Below are positions 20,173-30,439 of a stretch of 64,000 bases of DNA, piece by piece. Position numbers and translations under genes: made by a program. The notes under the pieces are model-generated. The model was given only the letters and a program-made list of their open reading frames with translations, searched no databases and had not been told where the DNA came from. Origin of the DNA: Candidatus Hydrogenedentota bacterium (GTDB lineage Bacteria > Hydrogenedentota > Hydrogenedentia > Hydrogenedentales > SLHB01); NCBI GenBank assembly GCA_963668025.2, contig CAXXTH010000010.1, positions 736,001 through 800,000 of the forward strand, given 5' to 3'. The first letter of the stretch is position 1. Each line of letters begins with the position of its first letter.

Positions 20173-21291
20173 ATGAGTTACCAGGATGAATTAAATGTCT
20201 GGCCCGCGCAACGGGTTCGTGAAATGATAGACACTGCTACACCGGCGGATGTGGAACGTGCGCTGGCGCGGGAAGAACGTACGCCACAAGATTTGGCGGC
20301 GCTCCTGTCCGAACATGCGGATCGCTATTTGGAGGACATCGCACGCGAGGCGAACCGGCTGACGCGCTGGCATTTCGGCCGCACCATCAGCCTGTATGCG
20401 CCTATTTATATCTCGAATGTCTGCGGCGCGGATTGCGTCTATTGCGGATATGCCGCACGTTCGGGCAATAAAGAACGGCGCTTGACGCTGACCGAAGAGG
20501 AATTGCGGGGGGAATGTGAAGCGCTTGCCGCCGAGGGCTACCAAAGCGTGCTGCTTTTGACTGGGGAAGCCCCCCTCGTCGTAACGCCGTCGGATATAGC
20601 GGACGCCGTTGCGGTGAGCCGCGAATATTTTCCCTCCGTGGCGGTCGAGATCTATTCGCTTGATGAGAAAGACTATGCGCTTCTGGTCGAGCGCGGCCTG
20701 GATGGCGTGACGCTGTATATGGAAACTTACGACCGCGAGACCTATGCGCGGCTGCATTTGAGGGGCGCAAAGCGCAACTACGAATACCGCCTCGACGCCA
20801 GCGAACGCGCGGGCCGCGCGGGAGTGCGGCGGCTAGGGATTGGCGCGTTGCTGGGACTGTATGATTGGCAGGTGGATGGCTTCTGGACGGCAATGCATGG
20901 GCGCTATTTGCAAAAGGCGTGCTGGCAAAGCGCCGTGGCGATCTCGTTCCCCCGTTTGCGCCATACGCCCGAACGGTTTTCGATTCCCCACCTCGTGACG
21001 GATAAAGAGTTCGTGCGGCTGCTGCTGGCTTCGCGGTTGTTTTTGCCGGAAGCGGGATTCAACCTATCGACGCGTGAGCCTGCCGTATTGCGGGATAATC
21101 TCATTCCTCTCGGGCTCACCCATATGAGCGCCGGTTCATCCACGCGCCCCGGAGGATACGCCTCCCACGACGAAACCCTCGAACAGTTTGCGCTCGAGGA
21201 TACACGCAAGCCGCCCGAAGTGGTCGCGGCCATCCGGCGCGCCGGATATGACCCCGTGTGGAAAGATTTTGATTTCGCCTTTGATCGGTGA
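20173..21291 (+). CDS. thiH: 2-iminoacetate synthase (radical SAM tyrosine lyase)
   Basis: YAPIYISNVCGADCVYCGY, YMETY, SAGSSTRPGGY, PVWKDFD. Confidence 0.95.
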   Translation: MSYQDELNVWPAQRVREMIDTATPADVERALAREERTPQDLAALLSEHADRYLEDIAREANRLTRWHFGRTISLYAPIYISNVCGADCVYCGYAARSGNKERRLTLTEEELRGECEALAAEGYQSVLLLTGEAPLVVTPSDIADAVAVSREYFPSVAVEIYSLDEKDYALLVERGLDGVTLYMETYDRETYARLHLRGAKRNYEYRLDASERAGRAGVRRLGIGALLGLYDWQVDGFWTAMHGRYLQKACWQSAVAISFPRLRHTPERFSIPHLVTDKEFVRLLLASRLFLPEAGFNLSTREPAVLRDNLIPLGLTHMSAGSSTRPGGYASHDETLEQFALEDTRKPPEVVAAIRRAGYDPVWKDFDFAFDR

Positions 21292-21315
21292 GGAAGCCTT
21301 GGAGGAGCCGGACGC

Positions 21316-21933
21316 GTGGGATGGTATGCTTCACGCCTATTTCCGTGGGCGGTGGATTGGACGATGCAAAAGCCGCAGGTCGCGGAACTCCGCCGCCAAC
21401 TGCTTGCGGAAGCGAAAGGCGTGGTGTGTGAGATCGGCTTTGGCACTGGATTGAATCTGCCGTTCTACCCCGAGAGCGTGGAGCGGCTTGTGGCCATCGA
21501 GCCCAATCCTGGCATGGCCCGCCGCGCGGGCAAGCGGATCGCAAGCTCGCACATGCCGGTGGAGATGCATGCCGCCGCTGGTGAGCACATACCGCTGGCC
21601 GATGCGTCATGCGATGGCGTCGTGAGTACCTATACGTTGTGCAGTATAGCGAAGCCGGAACAGGTGTTATCGGAGGTTCGGCGCGTGCTTCGACCCGGCG
21701 GGCGGTTCTTTATGCTCGAACATGGGCTTCATCCGGATCCTGCGATTCAGCGCTGGCAGCATCGCCTGAATCCCTTGCAGCGAATAATTGGGAATGGATG
21801 CCATTTGAACCGCGACATGAAGAAGCTCGTCGAAGACAATGGATTCCGTTTTTCTTTTATGGAGCAATCTCAAATCAAGAAGACATCCTGCATCGCAGGA
21901 TATATGTACATGGGAATCGCCCATGTCGCGTAA
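21316..21933 (+). CDS. Class I SAM-dependent methyltransferase (METTL7-like)
   Basis: EIGFGTGLN, TLCSI, RVLRPGGRFFMLEHG, GCHLNRD. Confidence 0.88.
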   Translation: MGWYASRLFPWAVDWTMQKPQVAELRRQLLAEAKGVVCEIGFGTGLNLPFYPESVERLVAIEPNPGMARRAGKRIASSHMPVEMHAAAGEHIPLADASCDGVVSTYTLCSIAKPEQVLSEVRRVLRPGGRFFMLEHGLHPDPAIQRWQHRLNPLQRIIGNGCHLNRDMKKLVEDNGFRFSFMEQSQIKKTSCIAGYMYMGIAHVA

Positions 21934-21954
21934 TTGAATAAAGGGGATGGAACG

Positions 21955-22155
21955 ATGCATGTGACTATAAATGGAGAGTCCCACGAGGTGGCCGAAGGCC
22001 TTACCGTGTCGGCGCTTCTGAAAGAATTGGCTCTCGAACCCGCCGCGACGGTCGTCGAGCGAAACGGCGATATTCTCGAACGTTCCATGTATGCCACGGC
22101 CGCAGTGGAAGCGGGCGATGTGTATGAGCTCGTACGTTTCGTGGGAGGCGGCTGA
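21955..22155 (+). CDS. thiS: Sulfur carrier protein ThiS
   Basis: MHVTINGE...VERNG...ELVRFVGGG C-terminus. Confidence 0.95.
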   Translation: MHVTINGESHEVAEGLTVSALLKELALEPAATVVERNGDILERSMYATAAVEAGDVYELVRFVGGG

Positions 22156-22805
22156 TGAACCACCAGGAACGCGCCGCCCGCTTCGAGCAGGCGGATTTAT
22201 ATGTCGTAATCACGGAATCGTTTTGCAAAGGCCGTCCGGCGTTGGATGTCCTTGATGCAGTGTTGGAGGCAGGCGTCCGGCTGGTGCAGTTCCGTGAGAA
22301 GGATCTTGATGACCACACGCTCTACGCACGTGCGGCGGCGTTCCGCGCACATACCGCCCAAGCAGGCGCGCTGCTGATCGTGGATGACCGGGTGGATATT
22401 GCCCTGGCAGTGGGCGCGGATGGCGTTCATCTGGGGCAATCCGATCTGCCTATTGACGCCGCCCGCCGCATCGCACCCGATTTGCTCATCGGCGCATCGT
22501 CGCACAATCTCGAAGAGGCCCTGGCCGCGCAAGAGGCGGGCGCGAGCTATGTGAACATCGGCCCCATCTACTCCACGCAAACCAAGTCCGTTCCCACGGG
22601 CGCTGTCGGACCGGGGCTTATTGGCCAAATCACGCCCCATTTGCACATTCCATGGACGGTCATGGGCGGCATCAAGCTGCACAATATCCATGAAGTGGTC
22701 CAGTGCGGCGCACGGCGCGTGGCGGTTGTCACGGCAGTCACGGAGGCCGATGATGTGCGTGCGGCGGCGGCGGCCTTGCGGGGAAAGATACTCACGATTT
22801 CCTGA
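22155..22805 (+). CDS. thiE: Thiamine phosphate synthase
   Basis: VQFREK, DDRVDIAL, DGVHLGQSD, GPIYSTQTK, GGI. Confidence 0.95.
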   Translation: MNHQERAARFEQADLYVVITESFCKGRPALDVLDAVLEAGVRLVQFREKDLDDHTLYARAAAFRAHTAQAGALLIVDDRVDIALAVGADGVHLGQSDLPIDAARRIAPDLLIGASSHNLEEALAAQEAGASYVNIGPIYSTQTKSVPTGAVGPGLIGQITPHLHIPWTVMGGIKLHNIHEVVQCGARRVAVVTAVTEADDVRAAAAALRGKILTIS

Positions 22806-22833
22806 GGTAAAAACCGCGAATACATCGGTTCCC

Positions 22834-22857
22834 GTAGCATGGCCGTCCCGGCCATGC
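22834..22857 (+). repeat. GTAG-type REP palindrome, family B (GTAGCATGGSCGTCYCGSCCATG)
   Basis: Related copies at about 45955 (reverse) and 58963. Confidence 0.65.
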
Positions 22858-23277
22858 GAATAAGGCCTTTCATCTGATATTCCGTCCATGTGCCCATATT
22901 TCTGACATACATTACTAATCTGCATTACTATCTGGCAAAGCAATGGTTTCTTGCAAAGATTTTTCTGAGTATTGATTATATATAAATTGGTTATGCCCTT
23001 AACTATAATGCATATCCATTAGCGGTGGGGCAAGCCCCACCCTACTTCCCAACCACAAATAGACGCCAATCAACACCAATGTGAAGCAACATTCACGCTA
23101 TTCGATTTTTCTGGGCATCAGTGTCATCAGCGTACTCTGTGGAAAAGCAGAGCCGGTATTATTGGCGTTCATTCGCGTCCATTCGCGGTAAAAATCCGGC
23201 TTTTTTGGTTGCGGCTCTGTGTTGAGATTCTGAAACACGACGGCCACATTTTTGAGGTCATTTTTCTTCCAGTGCCA

Positions 23278-23306
23278 TTGACAAGCTTTGCGAGCCGTGC
23301 TACACT
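23278..23306 (+). promoter_or_regulatory. Sigma70-like promoter of the sugar ABC operon
   Basis: TTGACA-17 bp-TACACT with extended TG. Confidence 0.7.
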
Positions 23307-23406
23307 TGCTAGGCCGATACACGTTAAGAGGGTCGATACTTTATGTGCCTTCCTCTAGCGAAGCGTAAACCTGGCGGCACATGCCACTCATAGTATAGGA
23401 GGCGAT

Positions 23407-24390
23407 ATGGCGGCACGGAAAAGACTCCTGATAGGGCTGGTTTTCGTATGTGTGGTGTTTCTTGGGGGCGCGGTGGGCTGCCAGAAGGCCAGTGAGAACG
23501 GCGCACCTTCCGCCACCGCCATACTCATGCAAGAAGACCAGTTTTTCCGTTTGTGTGAAATGGGCATCAAGACCGCCGCGCAACAGCAAGGCATTCAATT
23601 GTCGGTCATGAACAGCTTCGGTGCGGTGGACAAAGAAATGGATATCATTGACACCAGCATCGCACGGGGCGTTAAAGCTATTGTCATAGCGCCGATCAGC
23701 CCCGAATCCTCGGTGGCGTCCTTGCGGCGCGCCGCCGAAAAAGGCATTTCGATCATCGTGTATGACAATGACCTGAAGGCCGATTTTTGCAAGAGTGCGA
23801 TTCGCAGCGACCAGACCGGTTTGGGCAAGGCTACAGGCGAATACGCCCGCAAATTCATCGAGACCCAATTAGGCGGGCAAGCTAAGCTGGCGCTCATTGA
23901 ATACATGGCCCTGAGTTCTGAAACGAGCGGCATACGGACGTCGGGATTCAAGAGCCAGCTCGAAGGTTTGCCGGGCGTGCAGATTGTGGCGGAGCAGGAT
24001 GCCTGGCTGGCCCCGCAGGCCACGGATGTAGTGGAAAGCCTGCTGACGGCCCATCCCGAGATCAATGTCATCTGGGCGGCGAATGAAGGCGGCACGGTGG
24101 GCGCGGTGAAGGCCGTAATCAATACAGGCAATGCAGGCAAGGTGCATGTCTTTGGCACGGACATCAGCGAGCAGATCGCCGATATGCTGCTGGCCGGCGA
24201 TGGCGTCTTGAAAGCGGTCACCGGTCAAAAGGGATATGACATCGGCTTTAGCGCCATGAATGCCGCCGTGAAAGCATTGAAGGGTGAGCCGGTGGAACGC
24301 CATGTGGAGATGCCGGGCACCCTCTATACGCGCGATAATCCAGAATCGGTGCAAGCATACCGGCAGCAGTTACAGCAGTTGAGCCAGTGA
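23407..24390 (+). CDS. Monosaccharide ABC transporter substrate-binding lipoprotein (RbsB-like)
   Basis: Lipobox AVGC; periplasmic binding type 1 motifs (RTSGF, WAANEGG, GTD). Confidence 0.9.
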   Translation: MAARKRLLIGLVFVCVVFLGGAVGCQKASENGAPSATAILMQEDQFFRLCEMGIKTAAQQQGIQLSVMNSFGAVDKEMDIIDTSIARGVKAIVIAPISPESSVASLRRAAEKGISIIVYDNDLKADFCKSAIRSDQTGLGKATGEYARKFIETQLGGQAKLALIEYMALSSETSGIRTSGFKSQLEGLPGVQIVAEQDAWLAPQATDVVESLLTAHPEINVIWAANEGGTVGAVKAVINTGNAGKVHVFGTDISEQIADMLLAGDGVLKAVTGQKGYDIGFSAMNAAVKALKGEPVERHVEMPGTLYTRDNPESVQAYRQQLQQLSQ

Positions 24391-24403
24391 AAGGCGGCGC
24401 GCT

Positions 24404-25936
24404 TTGGACCACATTGCACACAGCGGCCCTACGCTGGCCACGGCATGTATTCGGAAAGAATATCCGGGGGTGGCGGCCCTCAAAGATGTCTCCATCCAGT
24501 TCACCGCAGGCGAAGTCCATGCGTTGATCGGCAAGAATGGCGCGGGTAAAAGCACTCTCGTGAAGTTGCTGACGGGAGCGGAACAGCCCACCAGCGGCCG
24601 CATTTTGTTGCATGGACGGGAAGTGTCGCTGTCGTCGCCTCGAAGGGCGTTCGAATACGGCATGGCCGCCGTACACCAGGAAATGAGCCTCGTGCCCGAG
24701 CTCACGGTGGCGGAGAACATACTTTTAGGCCATGGCCCCCGGAAATGGCGGGGTATGCTGGTGGATTGGAAAACGCTGTTCGAGCAAGCCGCAGCCGTGC
24801 TCGATAAGATGCATGTCGAGATGGATGTGCGGAAAAAGGTCCGTCTTCTCGGCATGGCCGAACAGCAAGTCGTCGAGATTGCCAAGGCCATGGCGTGCAA
24901 TCCCAGCGTTTTATTCTTCGATGAGCCTACTTCCGCGTTGTCGCATGATGAAACCGAAAGCCTGTTCGCCCTGATCCGCCAGCTCGCCCAACAAGGCGCG
25001 ACTATCATTTACATTACTCATCGTCTGCAAGAACTCCAGCGTATTGTGGACCGGGTATCCGTGATCCGCGACGGCATGCTAGTGGGCGAATTTACCCGCG
25101 AACAGGCGGCGCCGGAGGCTATCGCCCATGCCATGTTCGGAGAGACTGTAGCGGCGGTGCGCCCTGTCACGGTCCGGCCCTCATCGGAAACCGCTCTCGA
25201 AGTGAATGGCTTGTCTTCCAAAGCTTCCAAACTCCACCGCATCCATTTCACCCTGCGCAAGGGGGAGATCCTGGGCATCGCCGGTTTGCTGGGCGCGGGG
25301 CGGACCGAGCTGCTCCGCTGCATCGCGGGGGCTGATCCCTATGATGCGGGCGAAGTGCGGATAGGCGGCAAGTGTATGCGCAACGCCACCCCCGCGCGGA
25401 TGAAACAGGCGGGCTTGGGCTTCATTCCGGAAGACCGCCAAGCGGAAGGCCTTGTCCCCGTGCTTTCCGTGGCGGAGAATATTTGCCTGGCCAGCCTGGA
25501 TACGGTGGCCCGCATGGGCGTGTTGAACCGCCGCCAGCAGCGCAGCCGCGTCGCGCAATCGATCCGGGAGCTGGCAATCACGGCTTCCACCCCGGAAACG
25601 CAGGTCTCCACATTGAGCGGCGGCAACCAACAAAAAGTGGTCGTAGCCAACCGTTTGAACACCCAGCCGCACATTCTACTTTTCGATGAACCCACGCGGG
25701 GAATTGATGTGCTCGCCAAGCAGCAGATTTTCCAGATCATGTGCAGCTTGAGCGAACAAGGAATCAGTTCATTATTTGTGTCGAGCGAGTTCGAGGAACT
25801 GCTTCAGGTGTGCCACCGCATCTTGATCATGCAGAACGGCGTGCTCACTGGCGAAGTATCGCCGGAAGGCCTCGGGCCTCAGGATTTGCTCGAAATGTGT
25901 ATGAAGCCCATACCTCAAAACGCTTTGGCGTCATAA
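24404..25936 (+). CDS. Monosaccharide ABC transporter ATP-binding protein (RbsA-like)
   Basis: GKNGAGKST, DEPTS, LSGGNQQKV, DEPTRGID. Confidence 0.95.
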   Translation: MDHIAHSGPTLATACIRKEYPGVAALKDVSIQFTAGEVHALIGKNGAGKSTLVKLLTGAEQPTSGRILLHGREVSLSSPRRAFEYGMAAVHQEMSLVPELTVAENILLGHGPRKWRGMLVDWKTLFEQAAAVLDKMHVEMDVRKKVRLLGMAEQQVVEIAKAMACNPSVLFFDEPTSALSHDETESLFALIRQLAQQGATIIYITHRLQELQRIVDRVSVIRDGMLVGEFTREQAAPEAIAHAMFGETVAAVRPVTVRPSSETALEVNGLSSKASKLHRIHFTLRKGEILGIAGLLGAGRTELLRCIAGADPYDAGEVRIGGKCMRNATPARMKQAGLGFIPEDRQAEGLVPVLSVAENICLASLDTVARMGVLNRRQQRSRVAQSIRELAITASTPETQVSTLSGGNQQKVVVANRLNTQPHILLFDEPTRGIDVLAKQQIFQIMCSLSEQGISSLFVSSEFEELLQVCHRILIMQNGVLTGEVSPEGLGPQDLLEMCMKPIPQNALAS

Positions 25937-25961
25937 CCCGATTTGTAGGAGATTCCATCGC

Positions 25962-26957
25962 ATGCCCGTAACAAGTCCGCCGGACGGAGCCGTCCGCCCG
26001 AGCAAAGAAAACAGCGTTGCACTCCCGCGCATTCGCGCGTATGTGGCCGCCCATATGCTCGAGTGTACGCTGCTGGTGTTATGTATCGGATTGTCTATCT
26101 TCGCGCCTAATTTTTTGGGCGTTGAGAACGCGCTGAATGTGTTACGCGCGGTCTCGATGATGGGCCTGCTCGCATTTGGAATGACCATGGTGATCATCGC
26201 CGGGGAGATCGACCTCAGCGTGGCCTCGAACGTCGCGTTTTCGGGCTGCCTCATCGCATACCTTACCCGGCAAGGCTGGCCCATCCCCATCGGAATCCCC
26301 GTGACGTTGATTGTGGGGGGCTCCTTCGGCATCATCACCGGCATTGCCCGGGTGAAATGGGAGGTGCCCTCGTTTATCTCCACGCTGGCGCTTTACCTGT
26401 CGCTTAAAGGGCTTGCCTTGCTGGTCACGAACGGCTTTCCCATCGCCTCGTTTCCAGATTGGTTCCAATTTCTTGGCGGCGGCTACATCATGAAGATTCC
26501 CTTCCCGGCGTTGGTATTCGTGGCGGTGTTTGGAGCCGTCCATTTCATCCTAAACCACACCACATTCGGCCGTTCCGTCTATGCCGTAGGCGGCAATGCG
26601 GAAGCCGCGCGCCTCTCGGGGCTGAATGTGTCGCTGGTGCGGGTCATGATTTTCGTCATCGTGGGCATGTTGAGCGCCGCCAGCGGCATCATGCTGTCCT
26701 CGCGCATCATGTCAGGCAATCCCACCGTGGCCGTCGGCTGGGAACTGGACGCCATCGCGGCGGTGATTGTCGGCGGCACCAGTTTTTCCGGCGGCATCGG
26801 ACGCGTATGGGGCACGTTCGTGGGCGTGATTTTCATTGGGGTCATCATCAATGGCATGACCTTGCTCAACGTGCCGTCCGCACACCAGTTTGTCATGCGG
26901 GGGCTGCTGATTTTCGCCGCCGTATTAATTAACCGGATACAGGAGAGGAGAAGATGA
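25962..26957 (+). CDS. Monosaccharide ABC transporter permease (RbsC-like)
   Basis: GEIDLSV, YAVGGNAEAARLSG, ELDAIAAVIVGGTS. Confidence 0.95.
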   Translation: MPVTSPPDGAVRPSKENSVALPRIRAYVAAHMLECTLLVLCIGLSIFAPNFLGVENALNVLRAVSMMGLLAFGMTMVIIAGEIDLSVASNVAFSGCLIAYLTRQGWPIPIGIPVTLIVGGSFGIITGIARVKWEVPSFISTLALYLSLKGLALLVTNGFPIASFPDWFQFLGGGYIMKIPFPALVFVAVFGAVHFILNHTTFGRSVYAVGGNAEAARLSGLNVSLVRVMIFVIVGMLSAASGIMLSSRIMSGNPTVAVGWELDAIAAVIVGGTSFSGGIGRVWGTFVGVIFIGVIINGMTLLNVPSAHQFVMRGLLIFAAVLINRIQERRR

Positions 26958-28486
26958 AAATGATTGCGTTATTAGGTTTGCTTACGCTCATCATGTTGCT
27001 GGGCCTAAGCCGGGCGGCATGGGCCGAGCCTCTTGCGGATGACAAGAGAGACAAAATTCTGGGGCTGTATGTCCATCAGCATTGGCCTTATAACCATCCC
27101 TACGCCGCACGGACATGGACGGTGGAAGACTGGCGCGGTTTCATGGACGGACTCCATAAACTCGGCTATAACACGGTCAAGATTTGGCCCGTACTGGAAA
27201 CTATGCCGGATCCGCTCACCCCAAGCGATGAAGCCAATCTCGATAAAATTCGCCAAGTCATTGATATCGCTCACGAATCCTTCGGCATGAAGGTCTTCAT
27301 CGCGTTATGCCCGAATGTGATCGCCGACAGCGCCGTGGCCAAGCAGGCGGAATTCGAGAAACGCCATTTCTTCCATAGCGACCTTCGCGTGAATCCTGGC
27401 GATCCAAAGGCCATGGCCGACATGATCGCATGGCGTGAAAAGCTGCTGACGCCGTTGGCTAAAATGGACGGCCTTACCATCATCGACAGCGATCCCGGCG
27501 GCTATCCGGACTCGAACAACGATGAATACATCGCGCTCATGGCCGCCCATCGCGCTTTGCTGGACAAGATACGCCCCGGCATCGAGCTGATCTACTGGTC
27601 CCACGCCAGTTGGCCGGGTTATTGCCGCTTTTATAATACCGGCGTATTCGCCATGGGCGAGCCTGAAGAATTCATCGACACCCACAAAAAATTCGCCGCG
27701 CTCGATCCCGAGCCATGGTGCCTCGCTGCAGGAAAACATGCGGAGGAGGCGGGCCTCGCGGACCGCGTGATCACGTATGAATATGGCAGCATCGAGGGCG
27801 AACCGAGCTTCCCGCTGACGAACTTCGGAACAAAGTACGCCTACGAGGGCGGCTCACGCACCAAGGCGCTGGGCGTCATGGGCAATGCCCAGACGCACTG
27901 CGTACAATTGCCCAATATCTTCGCATTCGCCCGGGGCGCGAAAGGCTTACCGGCGGAAGACGCCGATTACGTGGCATTCGCCAATGACTTGATTCCAGGA
28001 CAGGGTCAGGCCATCTGTAACGGCTGGCAAGCCTTAGCCACGGCTACTCCCGAGGAAGCGCGGCGCATGGCGGATGAACTCGAAGCGATGTCGAAACAGC
28101 CTCATGAAATGGGCTCTCTCGGCGGGCTGCTTTTCGGAAGCCCAGAACGTTTTCTGGCGGACCTTGCATATGAGCTGCGCTTCGTAGCTGCGCGCAATGA
28201 ACTCTGTGCGGCATCGGCCAGCGGCGCGGACATCAAGCCCGCGTTCAAAGTGTTTACCAAAGCTGCTCAAGCGTGGCAGGCGCGCCATGGCTACGAGGGC
28301 CAGTGGTGGATGGGTGAAGAACTTCAGGCCGCCGTCGAGAAAATGAATGCGCCCGAGATCGAGGCCGTGTTGCATCCCCGAATCCTCGCGCGCACACCCT
28401 TCGGCAAAGTGAAAGAAGAACTATACCGATATGAAGTCCAGACTTCCGAGATGATCGCCGCGATGATTGCGGCCAGTGAACGGTAA
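26954..28486 (+). CDS. Secreted hypothetical protein, possible glycoside hydrolase
   Basis: Signal peptide; HQHWPYNHPY, IIDSDPGGY; translationally coupled to the permease. Confidence 0.6.
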   Translation: MKMIALLGLLTLIMLLGLSRAAWAEPLADDKRDKILGLYVHQHWPYNHPYAARTWTVEDWRGFMDGLHKLGYNTVKIWPVLETMPDPLTPSDEANLDKIRQVIDIAHESFGMKVFIALCPNVIADSAVAKQAEFEKRHFFHSDLRVNPGDPKAMADMIAWREKLLTPLAKMDGLTIIDSDPGGYPDSNNDEYIALMAAHRALLDKIRPGIELIYWSHASWPGYCRFYNTGVFAMGEPEEFIDTHKKFAALDPEPWCLAAGKHAEEAGLADRVITYEYGSIEGEPSFPLTNFGTKYAYEGGSRTKALGVMGNAQTHCVQLPNIFAFARGAKGLPAEDADYVAFANDLIPGQGQAICNGWQALATATPEEARRMADELEAMSKQPHEMGSLGGLLFGSPERFLADLAYELRFVAARNELCAASASGADIKPAFKVFTKAAQAWQARHGYEGQWWMGEELQAAVEKMNAPEIEAVLHPRILARTPFGKVKEELYRYEVQTSEMIAAMIAASER

Positions 28487-28509
28487 CCATACACTCATAT
28501 CTTGGCGCT

Positions 28510-28535
28510 GGGGAAGGCGGAAATCCGCCTTCCCC
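28510..28535. terminator. Stem-loop between the ABC operon and the convergent original tRNA-Lys 3' end; probable intron target hairpin
   Basis: GGGGAAGGCGG-AAAT-CCGCCTTCCCC. Confidence 0.8.
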
Positions 28536-28542
28536 AATCGTT

Positions 28543-30436
28543 GTGTGCCAAGCATGGCGCGGATCTAAGGGGTGTAAGTCCCCTGCAAGCCCTGATGGTG
28601 GGAATTGCTAGCCAAGAGCAAGGGCGTCGCCGCGAGGCGGGGTCTGGAGGAAGCAGGAGGCAAAAGTCGGACTCGACGCACAGAAACCGGATAGAAGGCC
28701 GGGGTGGCGGGGCAAGCCAGCAATGGATGGCGACGCCCAATAACCATTCGGACACACACCTTGGTAAATCCGGCGAGGCCCGGCGGAAAGAGGCGCGTCT
28801 TACCTTGGGAGACCTGTTCATCTGTCTGGAAGAGCCAGACTAGCGGGATGGCAACATGTCGCGAGGGGTGGGCAGGAGTCAGCCGAGGCCATAATACCCG
28901 CAAGGGGAAGGGCCGAATCGATCATTCAAGGAGCAGCATTGAACGTCTCGTGGGATAGGGAGCGGCAGGAAGTAGCAGGTTGCCAGATGGAGTTCCCACT
29001 GGAGTCGGCTTGCCACGGCGCAATCGGAGAAGGCGGAACCGAATCGGATGCGTTCGAGGCGCGGCAACTATTTCCGGCGGCGAACAAGAGGCGAGCCTTG
29101 ACGCAAGACTTGATGGAACGGGTCGCGAGTCTTGCGAACCTGACGGAAGCGGTACGCCGGGTGCAACGGAACAAAGGCGCGGCGGGTGCGGACGTCATGA
29201 GCGTACGCGACCTGAAGCGTTGGTTTCCGGAACACTGGCGGGGACTGCAAGAGGAACTGACGGCAGGGCGCTACCGTCCCCAACCGGTGTTGGGAGTGCA
29301 AATCCCCAAGCCGGGCGGGGGGATGCGGCAACTGGGCATTCCGACGGTGGTGGACCGAGTCGTGCAACAAGCGCTCTTGCAGGCTCTCGAACCGCTTCTA
29401 GACCCGGCCTTCTCGGAAAGCAGTTATGGATTTCGTCCAAGGCACAATGCACATCAGGCGCTGCGGCAAGCCAGCACGTACGTAAGCGAAGGCCGCTGCA
29501 TTGTTGTGGACATGGACCTGGAAAAATTCTTCGACCGGGTCAACCACGACATCCTGATGGCGCGCGTGGCGCGGCACGTGTCAGACAAACGCGTACTCCG
29601 ACTCATCCGCTGGTTTCTTGAAGTGGGCATGATGCAGAACGGCGTATGCATCGAACGATACGAAGGGACCCCGCAAGGCGGTCCTCTATCGCCGCTGCTG
29701 GCCAACCTGCTCTTGGACGACCTGGACAAGGAGTTGGAGAAACGAGGGCATCGTTTTTGCCGCTATGCGGACGACTGCAACATTTACGTGCAGACGATAC
29801 GCGCGGGAGAACGTGTCCTGACATCGGTCACGCAGTTCCTTGAGGGGAAGCTGAAACTACGGGTGAACCGCGAGAAGAGCGCGGTGGCGTTCGTGGGAGA
29901 GCGGAAATTTTTGGGTTATCGCTTGCTGGGTGGGGGGCGATTGGGCATCGCGCCCAAGAGCCTCGACCGGGCGAAAGACCGCATCCGCGACATCACGCGA
30001 CGCAACCGCGGCGACGCCAAAGTGCGCCAGATGATTGAGGAGCTCAACAGCTTCCTGAGCGGCTGGATAACCTACTATCGGTTTGCCGAAGCAAAGGGCC
30101 ATCTGGAACGCCTCGGGGAATGGATGCGGCGCAAACTGCGCTGCGTCATCCTCAAACGCCTCAAGCGCACGAAAACCATAGCGGACTTCCTTAGAAAACT
30201 AGGCGTGCCGCAATTTCAGGCGTGGATACTCGCAGGGTCCGGGAAGGGCTGGTGGCGCAAAGCGGGGAGTCCTCCCGCGCAACACGCCATGGACAAACAA
30301 TGGTTCGCGAAACAAAAACTGATAGACCCGGTTCAACGGTACGAAACGTTCAAAAATGACCGAAACCGCCGTGGTACCGAGCAGGTATGCCCGGTGGTGT
30401 GAGAGGGGGGGACCGTGAGGAACCCCCCTACTCGAT
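28543..30436 (+). mobile_element. Group IIC intron
   Basis: 5' GTGTG a few nt after a stem-loop; short class C domain V (ACCGCCGTG...CCGGTGGT) and domain VI ending CTACTCGAT. Confidence 0.9.
28939..30402 (+). CDS. ltrA: Group II intron reverse transcriptase/maturase, no endonuclease domain
   Basis: RQLGIPTVVDR, GTPQGGPLSP, RYADD, domain X; exact start uncertain. Confidence 0.95.
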   Translation: MNVSWDRERQEVAGCQMEFPLESACHGAIGEGGTESDAFEARQLFPAANKRRALTQDLMERVASLANLTEAVRRVQRNKGAAGADVMSVRDLKRWFPEHWRGLQEELTAGRYRPQPVLGVQIPKPGGGMRQLGIPTVVDRVVQQALLQALEPLLDPAFSESSYGFRPRHNAHQALRQASTYVSEGRCIVVDMDLEKFFDRVNHDILMARVARHVSDKRVLRLIRWFLEVGMMQNGVCIERYEGTPQGGPLSPLLANLLLDDLDKELEKRGHRFCRYADDCNIYVQTIRAGERVLTSVTQFLEGKLKLRVNREKSAVAFVGERKFLGYRLLGGGRLGIAPKSLDRAKDRIRDITRRNRGDAKVRQMIEELNSFLSGWITYYRFAEAKGHLERLGEWMRRKLRCVILKRLKRTKTIADFLRKLGVPQFQAWILAGSGKGWWRKAGSPPAQHAMDKQWFAKQKLIDPVQRYETFKNDRNRRGTEQVCPVV

Positions 30437-30439
30437 TAA

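Noticed and set aside
28939-30402. Reverse transcriptase as a possible retron, DGR or defence RT
   Set aside because: Canonical group II intron RT with domain X and intron domains V/VI; no template-variable repeat pair seen
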